Source: Leucoraja ocellata (taxonomy: Eukaryota). Taken from it: a stretch of DNA of 64,000 bases. Of the stretch, positions 25,901 through 37,904 are shown one piece after another. The translations under genes were made by a program, and so were the position numbers. The DNA lies in contig JAWMAR010000520.1 of NCBI GenBank assembly GCA_036785375.1, forward strand, positions 186,001 to 250,000. The letters are read 5' to 3'. The notes below the pieces were generated by a model that saw only the letters and a list, made by a program, of their open reading frames with translations, did no database searches and was not told where the DNA came from. Every line of letters starts with the position of its first letter. The first letter of the stretch is position 1.

Positions 25901-26440
25901 AGGGCCCGTCCCACGAGCATGCGACTCCATGTGGCAAGCGCGACCTAACGTGGTCACTTGAGCCATACGGCCTCGCGGGGCTGGCCCCACTTCGATCGCC
26001 AGAGCCGTATGGAGTTTTGCGGAGCTGGTCCCGACATCGCGCAGGGCTCCGAAAAACTGACCATGTTAAAAAATTCCGCGCGACAACGGCCACCTCAACA
26101 CCATATGCACCGCCTCGACGGGCGTGTGCAGCGTCTTGACGCCGTACGTCACGCGCGAACTTCCCGCGGACTTCGCTCGAACTTCACGTCACTCACTCGA
26201 CCTCCGCACGGCCCCCGCTTCCGGTTTGGTGGCGCTTGCCGCATGCAGGCGCATACTGGTGGGACTGGCCCTGTACGGGGATCACTCGACCTCCGCACGG
26301 CCCCCGCTTCCGGTTTGGTCGCGCTCGCCGCATGCAGGCGCATACCGGTGGAACCAGCCCTGTACGGGGATCACTCGACCTCCGAGCGGCCCCCGCTTCC
26401 GGTTTGGTCGCGCTTGCCGCATGCTCGTGGGACAGGCCCT
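25901..26440. mobile_element. PIF/Harbinger-type MITE inserted in a Penelope-derived repeat
   Basis: TIR agggcccgtcccacgagcatgcg / cgcatgctcgtgggacaggccct; TAA duplication at 25898-25900 and 26441-26443. Confidence 0.85.
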
Positions 26441-26904
26441 TAACTCTGCATGTCAGACAGCATCTCTGGAGAAAATAAATTGGTGACGTTTCGGGTTGAG
26501 AACCTTCCCAGAGATGCTGTCTGACCCGTTGAGTTACTCCAGCTTTTTGTGGCTATCTGGTTTAAACCAGCATCTGCAGTTCCTTCCTACACGGCTGATA
26601 CCAACAATGTTGGAAACCAAAATCAATTGGTCCTTTGTTGGTCCATTTCTTCTGCTCCTTGCACCTGTTGGGCAGAAGATACAGATGCTTGAAAGCATCT
26701 GATCAGAAACATCTTACCCTTTCTGATCAGATTTCCGTGATCCTTCCATAAGCCAGGGCACAGTCACGATTCTCCAACCTACCACATTGCGGACATTGGA
26801 TTTTATCTCTGGAACTGTTATGCTATAATGCTGAGAAACTATATTCTGCACTCTGGAATATTTCTCTTTACTCTACCTTTTGTACTTGTGTTAGGCTTGA
26901 TTAG

Positions 26905-27546
26905 TTTCGAGATACAGTGTGGAACCAGGCCCTTTGGCCCAGCGAGTTCACGCTGACCAACGATCACCCCAACAAGTTCTATCCTACACACTAGGGACAA
27001 TTTACAGAAGCCAATTAATCTATAGCCAGGCATGTCTTTGGAATGTAGGAGGAAACTGGAGCTTCTGGAGAAAACCCACACGGTCACAGGGAGAACGTAT
27101 GAACGTCAGACAGACAACAGCTGTAGTCAGTATCAAACCCGGGTCTCTGGTGCTGTAAAGGGCCTGGCCCACTTTCCTGAGTTATTCACAAATTCTCCTG
27201 AGTTATTCACGAATTCTCCCGAGTTTTCAAACTCGCAGAATGTTCGTAACGAGTCCGTAGGAGTCCGTTGATATATTGTAGCGGCTCGTTATGCCAGCCG
27301 TAGGTACTCGGGGCTATTTCTTTACTCGTGGACATTTTTCATCAGGCCGAAAAAACGTCCCGACTTACCTGATGCCCCGAGTACCTACGGCTGGCATAAC
27401 GAGCCGCTACAATATATCCACGGACTCCTACGGACTCGTTACAAACATTCTGCGAGTTTGAAAACTCGGGAGAATTCGTGAATAACTCGAGAAAATGCGA
27501 CAGACCCTTAAGGCAGGAACTCTACCGCTGTACCACTGTGCCACCC
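26905..27546 (-). mobile_element. HE1-like V-SINE split by a MITE
   Basis: The SINE reads through ggtgctgTAA|TAAggcaggaactctacc once the MITE is removed. Confidence 0.8.
27159..27508. mobile_element. PIF/Harbinger-type MITE with very long inverted arms
   Basis: Termini agggcctggccc / gcgacagaccct, inverted arms of about 140 bp, TAA duplication at 27156-27158 and 27509-27511. Confidence 0.85.
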
Positions 27547-27957
27547 CTGTGCATTCATGTGTAGTATTGATTTGATTGGATAGCATACAAATAAAAGTTT
27601 TCACTGTACTTTGGCACATGTACCAATAATAAACCTAATTGATACATCGTTAATGTTGCACAGACCGTGTTGGGGCGTATTTCTTGACAATGCTATAAAA
27701 AGCAAAGAATATAACCTTTGACTGTAAAAGGTCTTGCTACAAGTATACATGGTGAGCAGTATCTAAACACAGACTCTGCAGAAGGAGGGCAACTAAAATT
27801 ATCCCTGGTCTTTTGGGCTTGCCTGTTAAGATAGACTTGATTAATTTTTAGCTTTGCTGACAGACATAAGCTGCTTTTAATATGGTTAGCATAACATACC
27901 AGTACTTGCTGTTCCTATTCCCAGAATGAGTTGTGGTGGTTTAATTGAGCAACTAAT

Positions 27958-28295
27958 ATAGTGAAAGGTCTGGATAGAGTGCATGTGGAGAGGATGGTTC
28001 CACCAGTGGGAGATTCTAGGACCAGAGGCCATAGCCTCAGAATAAAAGAACGTTCCTTTAGGAAGGAGATCAGGAGGAATTTCTTCAGTCAAAGGGTGGT
28101 GAGTGTGGAATTTCTTGCCGCAAGGGCTGTGGGGGCCAAGTCAATGGATATTTTTAATGCAGAGATTCTTAATTAGTGTTGGGGATTATGGGGCAAAGGC
28201 AGGAGAATGGGGTTGAGAGGGAAATATAGATCAGTCGTGATTGAATGGTGGAGTAGTCTTGATGGCTTTATTCTGCTCCTATCACATTAGCTTAT
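27958..28295 (+). mobile_element. CR1 3' fragment
   Basis: KGLDRVHVERMVPPVGDSRTRGHSLRIK. Confidence 0.85.
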
Positions 28296-29929
28296 GAAAA
28301 CAAAGATTCTCCCTTCTCTCACGGGTGGAACAAATCCTAAGGCAATACTTTGACGATTAGATAGCCACCAAGACACCTGAGCCAATGTGTATTCCCTAAT
28401 TAGCTTTGCTAAAGGCAGTTATCTAGTCTCTATTGTTTTGCTGTTTGTGGCAGATTGCTGCGTAGAAATTGCCTGATGTTTTTTCCACATTACAGTGTTT
28501 CCATTTCAAATACATTTCTGAGGTTCAGATAGATTCTACATGAAATCAAGACTTTTCTCAGCCTGACCAATTTATTGGAAGCACAAGGAACTGCAGATGC
28601 TGGAATCTTGAGTAAATCACAAAGTGCTGGAGTTACTCAATGGGTCAGGCCGCATCTCTGAAAGGCTTTCTGAAGAAGGGTCCGGACCCGAAGCGTGGCC
28701 TATACATTCCCTTCACAGATGCTGCCTGACCCGCTGCGTTACTCAAACACCCTGCATTCAGACCAACTTATTGATCATTTGGAAATGAATCAGTGGCTAC
28801 AGCCATGGACTAACTAGGGTATTTTGAGTTACAAAATTTCAATGTCCAACTTGAGGTTTGACAATCACTGACATTCCTTTTTTTTGCAATTCTAGTTAAC
28901 ATTTGGACAGGTACGTGGATAGGAAAGCTTTAGAGGAATATGGGCCAAACATGAGCAGGTGGGACTAGTGCAGATGAGACACCTTGGTCGTCATGGGCAA
29001 GTTAGGTCAAAGTGCTGTTTCTATGCCGTTTGACTTTATGACTAAAATGTTTAAACCTCAAGACCCTTGAATTCCCTCCACCAACATAGAATTCACAACC
29101 ATTGCCTGAAGGGCAACAAGTGAAGAGGATGAAGGCTGGTCTTATCAACAATCCACCCAATTCAAAAATGATTTAAAGTAAAATAATTGTTGACCTCAAT
29201 TAGGCCAAATCGGGTCACTCTGCATCAATAATTTAATCAGATAATCCAAGGAAGGGCATTTATTCATGATTATAATGGAAGTATCTATTAAGCATTTGAA
29301 TAGAGATATCATTTAGAATTTATACATTCCATTAAAATATTAAATAGAAGGGGTGAATAGCTATCTCTGAGAATGTACCACCACACTATAGTACAGAAAT
29401 TAAATTCATGCTATAAATTATTCAATGGCACTTTTCACTGAAGTTTGCAATAAGGGACCAAACAGAGTGAAGTATCATCTGAAACATCTGGCAAATCCAG
29501 GACTAGTGTGCTGGTACCAGATTACATTCAACACTGGATCCATTTGGTAAAATATATTTTAAGATCATAACATCGATCTTAATGGAAAATAATTGGAATT
29601 TTAAGCCTTGCTTGCGATGAACTATATATTTTATATGATAAACATTATTAAAAATAGATGTTGTATTCAGATATGTTACCGGTTGATAACCTTGCTAACC
29701 CTGAGGAATATATTAGAAATGACCTGTGTCCGACTGAGTTGAAATATTGCTACACAATTAATACGGCTTTTTTCTCAAGGCTATCATTGTAAAGAGAGCA
29801 ATTTCCCCTGAGAGCAATTAAGAACATATCCAACAGTGGGTTTAAAAAAAAAAGGTTTATAAATTAAGATTGCTTCAGAACTTTGATGTTATACTTGCCG
29901 ATTGTGTGTGCAAATTGTCTGTTTTTCCA

Positions 29930-30435
29930 ATAGAACGTATAACAGTACAGCACAGGAACAGGCCCTTCAGCCCACAATGTCCATGCCTTTTTATACTAAA
30001 CTCCTCTTCCTGCATGTCATATATATCTCTCCATTCCCTGCATATCCATGTGCCCACCTAAAAACCTCTTAAATACCGCTATCGTACCTGCCACCACCAC
30101 CACCCCTGGCACATGTTTCAGTTAGCCACCACACTCTGTAAACCAAAATTTGCTCCACACATCTCTTAAGTTTTGCTCCTCTCGCCTTAAAGCAATGCCC
30201 TCTTGTCTTTGACATTTCTACCCTGGGAATAAGATTCTGACTTGTATGCCTTCAATAAAGTTATATACCTCTACTGAGTCTCCCCTCAAACCTCTAACAT
30301 ACCAGAGAAAATAATCCAAGTTTGTCCAATCGCTCTTCATAGCTAATAGCCTCTGATCCAGGCAGTGTTTAGATAAACTTCTTCTGTACCCGCTCCAAAC
30401 CCTTCCTGTAATGAGGTAAACAGAATCGCACACAA
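29930..30435 (-). mobile_element. CR1 3' fragment
   Basis: Reverse-complement tail and degenerate ORF2 end. Confidence 0.75.
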
Positions 30436-31029
30436 TAGCTACTCAGCAATAGACAATTAGTGCACCAGCTGACAATGCGCTCTCTCGCCCATCCATCAGT
30501 CATCTCCTACCCCACCTGTGGAAGAGTCTGCAGTTCTTATATTGGCCTCATGAGTCGCATCACGACCCACAAAACTGGAGTGGAGGTAAACAAACCTTGA
30601 TCCCAAAGATAGACTCGAAGTGCTGGAATATCTCAGCGGGACAGGCAGCATCTCTGGATAGAAGGGATGGGTGACATTTCGGGTAGAGACTGTTTTTCAG
30701 ATCCAAAACATCACCCAGTCCTTCTATTCAGAGATGTTGCCTGTCTGGCTAAGTTACTCAAGCATTTTGTGTCTATGTTTGGAATAAACCAGCGTCTGCA
30801 GTTCCTTCCTATGAACCTTGATCCAAATGGAATGCTTTGGAAGAAGAGCAACACCAGGCAATATTCTTGAAATATGCTTGCTTGTTTGTTAAATGCATTA
30901 AGAGTAATAATCAGTTTCATCAAGCTGATAAATTATACAAAAAGTCGCAAGCTCAAGAATTCCGGTGTTATTTCAAAGTTGGGATTCCTATTTTATAAGG
31001 GGTGCATTTTGCTCAGATGCTAAGCTGGA

Positions 31030-31988
31030 AAAGGTGCGGGGGTGATTTACAAAGATGTTGCCAGGACTTGAGCCTGTGCTATAGGGAGAGGTTGAGAAGG
31101 CTAGGAATCTATTCCTTGGACAGCTGAAGGATGAGGATTGATCTTATAGTGGTGCATAAGATCAGGAGAGCAATAGATAAGTGTTTAAGACGGAACTGCA
31201 GATGCTGGAAAATCGAAGGTACACAAAACACAGTCTGAAGAAGAGTTTCGGCCTGAAACATTGCCTATTTCCTTCGCTCCATAGATGCTGCTGCACCAGC
31301 AGAGTTTCTCCAGATTTTTTGTGTACCTCCGAGCAATAGATAAGGTTTGTTCACTCATGTCGGATGACGTAGCTCGCTGTTGGCTTCTGTCGTTGTCCAA
31401 CATGTTGACAGAATTGTCACCCGATGCGACAGAGAGCATCGTGTCGTCGCTTCCAGCGATCACCATGAGGAGGCTTCTGTCATGATCCCCAATAGATAAG
31501 GTAAATGCAGTATTTTACCCAATGGAGGGGTTATCAAAAACCAGAGGATATAGGTTTAAGATGAGGGTGGGAGGATTTAATAGGAACCCAAGGGCAAATT
31601 TGTTATGTGGTGGGTGTATGGAACGAGCTGCCAGAGGAGGTAGTTGAGGCAGGTACTATCACAATGTTTAAAAATATTTGGAGAGGTATATGAATAGACA
31701 ATAGGTGCAGGAGTAGGCCATTCGGCCCTTCAAGCCAGCACCGCCATTCAATGTGATCATGGCTGATCATCTCCAATCAGTACCCCGTTCCAGCCTTCAC
31801 TCCATATCCCCTGACTCCATTATCTTTTAGAGCCTATCTAGCTCTCTCTTGAAAGTATCCAGAGAACCGGCCTCCGCTGCCCTCTGAGGCAGAGAATTCC
31901 ACAGACTCACAACTCTCTGAGTGGGACTAGTGTTGATAGGATATGTTGGGCTGTAGGGCCAGTTTCCATGCTGTATGACTCTATGACT
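31030..31988 (+). mobile_element. CR1 3' fragment carrying three insertions (Penelope repeat, orphan 143-bp insert, inverted CR1 tail)
   Basis: CR1 sequence resumes after each duplicated site (caatagataag x3). Confidence 0.7.
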
Positions 31989-32776
31989 AGGTGGGGGCTG
32001 ATTTCAAAAGAAGTGAAGGGATTGGATTTTATCTTTTGCGTCTATTTCTGGTTTCTGCAGCATATCCTTGCCCTTTTAAATCAAGCCACAGCATTGACAT
32101 ATTACTTCCAGATCTCTTGATGAATTATGTTGGGCAAGTGTGCTGGCAATAAGTTTCAGCTCCACTGGTTCAGGAGATGTGAAAACATGACATTTGTGGG
32201 AGGCTGGAGTCGGCTGCGGGACAACTGGAGCGTAGAAAGAGGTTATCCGCCTCTACCGAGATATTTTATGAGTCTTTGCAACATGTCATGCAGTGGGCAG
32301 CAGGGCCAGTGGGGGCTCTACCTTCCCTGCTAACAAAAATAGGATTCATCCTACAACATCACATTGAGTAACCAGTGGCACTAGAATCGCAGAGTTGTAG
32401 AGTCCAGGAGTTGTAGAATCATTGACTCATTGAGTCGTTCAATCATACAGAATGGAAACAGGCCCTTCAGCTTGTCATCCTTGCCAACAAAACTGTCCCA
32501 TGTACGCTAGACGTAATTGCCTGTTTATGGCCCATATCCTCTGAAACTGTCTTATCCATGTACCTGCAAGTGCCTTTTAAACATTATTATTGGAACTGCC
32601 TCAACTACTTCCTTCCTCCGGCAGTTTGTTCCATATATCTACCCCACTCGGTGTGAAAAGGTTACCCTTCAGATTCTTATTAAATCTTTGCCCTCTCACC
32701 TTAGACCTATGTCTTCTGGTTCTTGGTTTTCCTACCCTGGTTAAAAACTCTATGCATTCACCTAATCAATTCCCCT

Positions 32777-33425
32777 CAAGTCAAAGTAATGGCCAAGAAA
32801 GCCCACCAATGCCTCGATTTTCTTAGAAATCTTAGGAAGTTTGACATGTCCCCAACAACCATCACCATCTCTACAGATGTGCCGTAGAAAGCATTTTATC
32901 GGGATGCATCAAGGCATGGTTTGGGAACAGCTCCATCCAAGACTGCAAGAAATTGCAGAGAATTGTTGATGCAGCCCAGCCCATCACCCAAACCAATAAA
33001 GTAACCTTCCATTGACGCTATTTACACTTCACGCTGTCTCAGCAAAGCCACCAGTATAGTCAAGCGTGAGTTTCACCCCGGCCATTCCCTCTTCTCCTCT
33101 CTCCTAGCAAGCAATAGGTACAGAATTTGAAAACGCATATCTCCAGATTCAGGGACAGATTCTTCCCAGCAGTTCTCAGGCAACTGAACCATCCTATCAC
33201 CAATTAGAGAGCGTTCCTGTGCTACCATCTACCTCATTGGATAGCCTCGGACTATCTTTAATCGGACTTTACTGGACTTTATCGTCAACTAAAATCATTC
33301 CCTTTATTCTGCATCTGTACACTGTGGACGGCTTGATTGTAATTGTGCATACTCTTTTCGCTGACTGGATAGCATGCAACAAAAAACTTTTCTCTGTACC
33401 TCTGTACACGTGACAATAATAAAGT
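32777..33425 (+). mobile_element. Rex1/Babar 3' fragment
   Basis: KAHQCLDFLRNLRKF, ESILSGCIKAWFGNSS remnants; gtgacaataataaag tail. Confidence 0.8.
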
Positions 33426-33558
33426 AAATAATGAAGGCAAGCAGCAGGAATGTGGTCCTACAAACACTACTGTTCTTCCTCACTGGCATGAACAGCACTG
33501 ACTGCTGATTCCGTCTGTTCCAGTGAGATTGCAGGTGAGTCCCCATCTTAAGCTAATG

Positions 33559-34600
33559 TAGCAATGTTACAAAATTTTGAGATTTTAAAAATCAAGTCTG
33601 CAATTTATCCCATCAGATAAAGCATAAAAAGAAGTTTAATTTGACACCTAATTCACTTTCATATCTTCAGTATTAAAATAGTTATGGCCATTTTCATACT
33701 CGGAAATTAGCATCTTGTTCCCTATTGCTTTTCCATTGACTTAACACAAAAGTTGTGATCAAGGACAGTCAAATGGCCATATATTTATTAAAAATTAAGA
33801 GAACTGAAAGAAATGTTCAGTTATTATAGATTGAAGCATTCCGAAATAAATATTAAACAATCTTACTTGGATGACCTGAAATGAAAGCATATAATTAGTT
33901 AGTAACCCAATTGTAGCTAATTCCAAAATTCAATTACTAGATCTAAACATCTATCTATTTCTTAAGAAAAGAACTACATTTTTAAATAGCCTAAGTGTCC
34001 AAAGAACATTCACACAAGAAGTCACAATAAAACATGATTTTTAAATCTCATTGTCGTTAATTTATGGGCCAAATGGAAGGAATTTAGTGTTTAATTGCTG
34101 TAAATTAATGGCCTTTTAAATCAGCTTGCGAGTGGGATTTTGTGGAACGCGCTGGTTTGGAACGTTGCAATTGCAGTGGATTTGAAGCCCATGTCGGCAT
34201 GAAAAATATTGCCGGTTCGGATGGGCCCCCGTCACCTTCTCGCAACTTAAAAGTTTGAATAAAGGGATCTTAAGAAGCACTTTTTAATGTAAAAATAAAC
34301 AGCCTACCTTGCCTTGTCCCCGACATGAGATCTGTCCCGTTGTTGGCATTCGCGGCTTTAGAGGATGATTTTTAATCTACTATAGCAATTAAATAATCCA
34401 ATTTAGTTTAAAAATAACTGCAGCGAACGAATGTCGCAGCGATTTTTCGTCAGCAACTAAGCAGGCTGAACAACCTCGATTTCAATAGCCTAGAGAAAAC
34501 AAAGTTTTAAACCTGCCCCCCTCTCAAAGGCGCCAAAGTCGCCCACATGGGCAGAGACAGAACTGCAGCGCCGCTGAAGGTAAGTTTTGCAACATACCTA
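33559..34600. mobile_element. Non-autonomous hAT-type DNA transposon
   Basis: Imperfect TIR tagcaatgttacaaaattt / aagttttgcaacataccta; degenerate flanking duplication agctaatg / actaatg. Confidence 0.65.
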
Positions 34601-34969
34601 ACTAATGCAGTCCATTTAGCGTCATTATGCACAGAAACAGGTTCTTTAGCCCAACTTGTCCATGCTGATCAAAACTAAGATGAGTTTTAGTTTGGTTTTG
34701 AGATATAATGCGGAAATAAGTCCACAGCAACCAGTGACCCCTGTACACTAGCACTAACCTATACACGAGGGACAATTTTCAATTTTTGCCAAAGCTAATT
34801 GATCTACAAACCAGTAAGTTTTTGGATTGGGAGACTAAACTGGAACACCCGGGGAAAACTCACATGCTCATGAGGAGAACGTACATGCAGACAGCACCCA
34901 TAGTCACCATGCCAACCAAGCTGGTACAATTTCCCCACTTTTGGCATCCTTCTAATCCTTTCCTGTCAA

Positions 34970-35944
34970 TAGAGGCAGGATTTTGCCATAAATGCCATGT
35001 GCCTTTTCATGCCTGTTTTGATGATTTCACCAGGATAATGTATTTTTCATGATTGAGTGCAGTGCCTAAATCAGCCTTTTTTTGCCGTTTTGCTAAAAGG
35101 TCGTTTGCTATTTTCTCTAGTTGTGCCATGATTGCAATGACGTTTTTTATGTTAACATGTTAATATTAATGTTATTATTAACGTGTTAACATAGTATAAC
35201 TTGCAAGAAAACTGCCACCACAGGGGCAAAACCAGGCGCGTCACGGTTGGTCATTCATTCGTTTCTGCCTCTGCCCGCCTGTTCAGTCTTCTCCAAGATC
35301 TATTTAAGAAAGAACCAGATGATGGAAAAACTAAGGTAGACAAAAAATGCTGGAGAAACTCAGCAGGTGAGGCAGCATCTATGGAGAGAAGGAATAGATG
35401 GCGTTTCGGGTCGAGACCCTTCAGACTAATCTGGGGGGAGGGGTGGGAAAAAAAAGGAAGAGGCGGAGACAGAGGGACTAGGAGAGCTGGGAAGGGGGAA
35501 GATGGGGAAGACGACTAAAACTACCCAAGCTAACAACTACCCAAGAGTGATTTTAGCTAACAGATCTTGAAGAAATACAAAACATAGCTAAAGTTCTCAA
35601 AGGTGGTTGTAATGCACAAGAAATCAACATGAATATAGAGTCTGTAGCTTGTTTCGGGTATGCGCCAGTGACCTCAGCTGAGGTAGAAAGAAGTTTTTCA
35701 CAACTGAAGCATATTCTGTCTGACAGACGGCACATCAGATAATTTGAAAAAATGCTAGTAATTATGTGCAAACAGGCAACGTTGGTCATTTAATGCAGTA
35801 TACCTTTATATTACCATTTTTAACCATATTTTGGTGGTGGAAATAAATGCCTTTTTCTGCCTTTTTTTTGTCAATAAATACCTTTTTTGTGCCTTTTTGC
35901 CTGCCTATTTCAGAGTTTTTAAGTGCCTAAGCATCCTGGCTCTA
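34970..35944 (+). mobile_element. Internally deleted hAT transposon retaining the transposase C-terminal dimerization motif
   Basis: TIR tagaggcaggat / atcctggctcta; 8-bp TSD cctgtcaa / cctatcaa; 35563-35740 translates ...CFGYAPVTSAEVERSFSQLKHILSDRRH. Confidence 0.85.
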
Positions 35945-36451
35945 CCTATCAATATATCTGTTCAAATATATTTTAAATGTTGTTAGTGTACCTGCCTCAA
36001 TTACTTCCTCTGGCAGTTTGTTCCACATACCCATACATCTGTTATCCTGAATTCAGCAACAACAATCCAAATTGTACATGCCTATTCAGCATGCTGATTA
36101 GTCTTTTCTTTAGCATAACACATAAAATCATTGACCAGAAGCAGTGTTTGTGCTGACATAGATGTTTATGCTACTAAGCAATCAAGGTAATGGAAGTCCT
36201 TTACATTTTATTGATTTGTAGAGTAAGGCAAGATATAATGCACCACTCAGACATTGAAAGGCTTTTGATTCATTCTATATTATAAAATCTGCTCTATAAC
36301 ATTACTATATCAGCCATTTTGAAAGATCGAATGGAAGTATTTAAGAAATCTTGGTTTAGTTCAAATCAAGAAAATAAAAGGTTTTTATTCCTCCAATGTT
36401 AACAAATTGAGGCAATTCATAACTTATTTACAAATTAATGGTGATTACAGA

Positions 36452-37680
36452 TTCAGTCAAGTCATGTCAACTTTATTTGTCACATACACACACAAGATGT
36501 CCAGTGAAATGAAAGTGGCGGGATTGTGCAAAACAACAGAACAGAACCAGTATTTACATTTTTTTAAAAAGATGACAACAGTATGTATGCCCTGGTGAGG
36601 TCAGAGTTTACAGTCCTGATGGCCTGTGGGAAGAAACTCCGTCTCATCGTCTCTGTTTTCGCAGCGTGACAGCGGAGGTGCTTGCCTGACCGTAGCAGCT
36701 GGAACAGTCCGTTGCTGGGGTGGTAGGGGTCATTCATGATCTTGCTGGCTCTGGATCTGCATCTCCTGGTGTATAAGTCCTGCAATGTGAGGGGGGGAGT
36801 GTAGTTCCCGTGGTGTGTTCGGCCAAAAGCACTGCTCTCTGCAGAGCCTTCCTGTCCTGGGCAGAGCTGTTGCCAAACCAGATAGAGATTTTTCCAGTCA
36901 GGATACTTTCTACAGCACCAGAGTAGAAGGATTGAAGGATCCTCAGAGAGACTCCGAATTTCCTCAGCTGCCTGAGGTGGTAAAGGCGCTGCCTTGCCTT
37001 TCTCACCAGTGTGGCAGTGTGTGTTGTCCATGTCAGATCCTCAGTGATGAGGACTCCCAGGTATTTAAAGCTGCTCACCCTATCCACAGTAGTCCCATTT
37101 ATCCCCAGTGGTGTGTACGTCCTTGGTTGTTGTGCACTTCTAAATCCACAATCAGCTCCTTAGTTTTAATGACATTCAAGAGGAAGCTGTTGTGCTGACA
37201 CCAGAGTGCCAAGTCAGCCACCTCCTCCAGTAGGACTTCTCATCGTTATCGGAGATCAGGCCCACCACCACTGTGCCATCAGCAAAATTGGTGATGGGGT
37301 TGGAGCTGAACCTGGCCACATAGTCATGTGTGTACAGGAAGTAGAGTAGGGGGCTGATACAGCCCTGGGGGGGGGGGGGGGGGGGGGGAGAGGGAGATCC
37401 TGTGTTCAGCATGAGGGGGTTGGAGACGTGTCTCCCCATCTTGACCACCTGGGGGCTGGCGGTCAGTAAGTCCAGGACCCAGGCACGCAGGGGAGTGTTC
37501 AGTCCCAGTAGCTTATGAGTAAGTCTGGTGGGGACTATGGTGTTGAAAGCTGAACTGATGTCAATGAACAGCATCTCACATAGCCCCCGCTTCTGGCTGT
37601 CAAGGTGAGAGAGAGAGCGGTGTGCAAAACCTGGGTGACCACATCATCCGTGGATCTATTTGGACAGTATGAGAACTGTA
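36452..37680 (-). mobile_element. Rex1/Babar LINE, 5'-truncated
   Basis: MLFIDISSAFNTIVP, PQGC, NFADGTVVVGLI, SSFKYLGV, KARQRLYHLRQLRKF, SFFPQAIR. Confidence 0.9.
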
Positions 37681-37904
37681 AATTTTAATTTACATGAAAT
37701 TTTATTTAATGTAAATTAAAATAAGAAATGGACTAATTCTAAGTTGCATCTGAAATGAACCTTTTCCCATTTTTTGGAACTTAATTCATAGTCATAGTTG
37801 AATAGCAGAGAAACATTCCCAATATGTTTGCTGTCAACACTAAAGTCAACGGCCTGCATTAGGCCCTTATCCTTCTATACTTTACTTCTTTAAGTGGCTT
37901 AAAC

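Noticed and set aside
25958-26486. Overlapping 120-161 aa ORFs with internal repeats
   Set aside because: They arise from the GC-rich 89-bp tandem inside a MITE.
33490-33541. Strong plus-strand donor CAG|GTGAGT
   Set aside because: No convincing acceptor or reading frame; it is squeezed between repeats.
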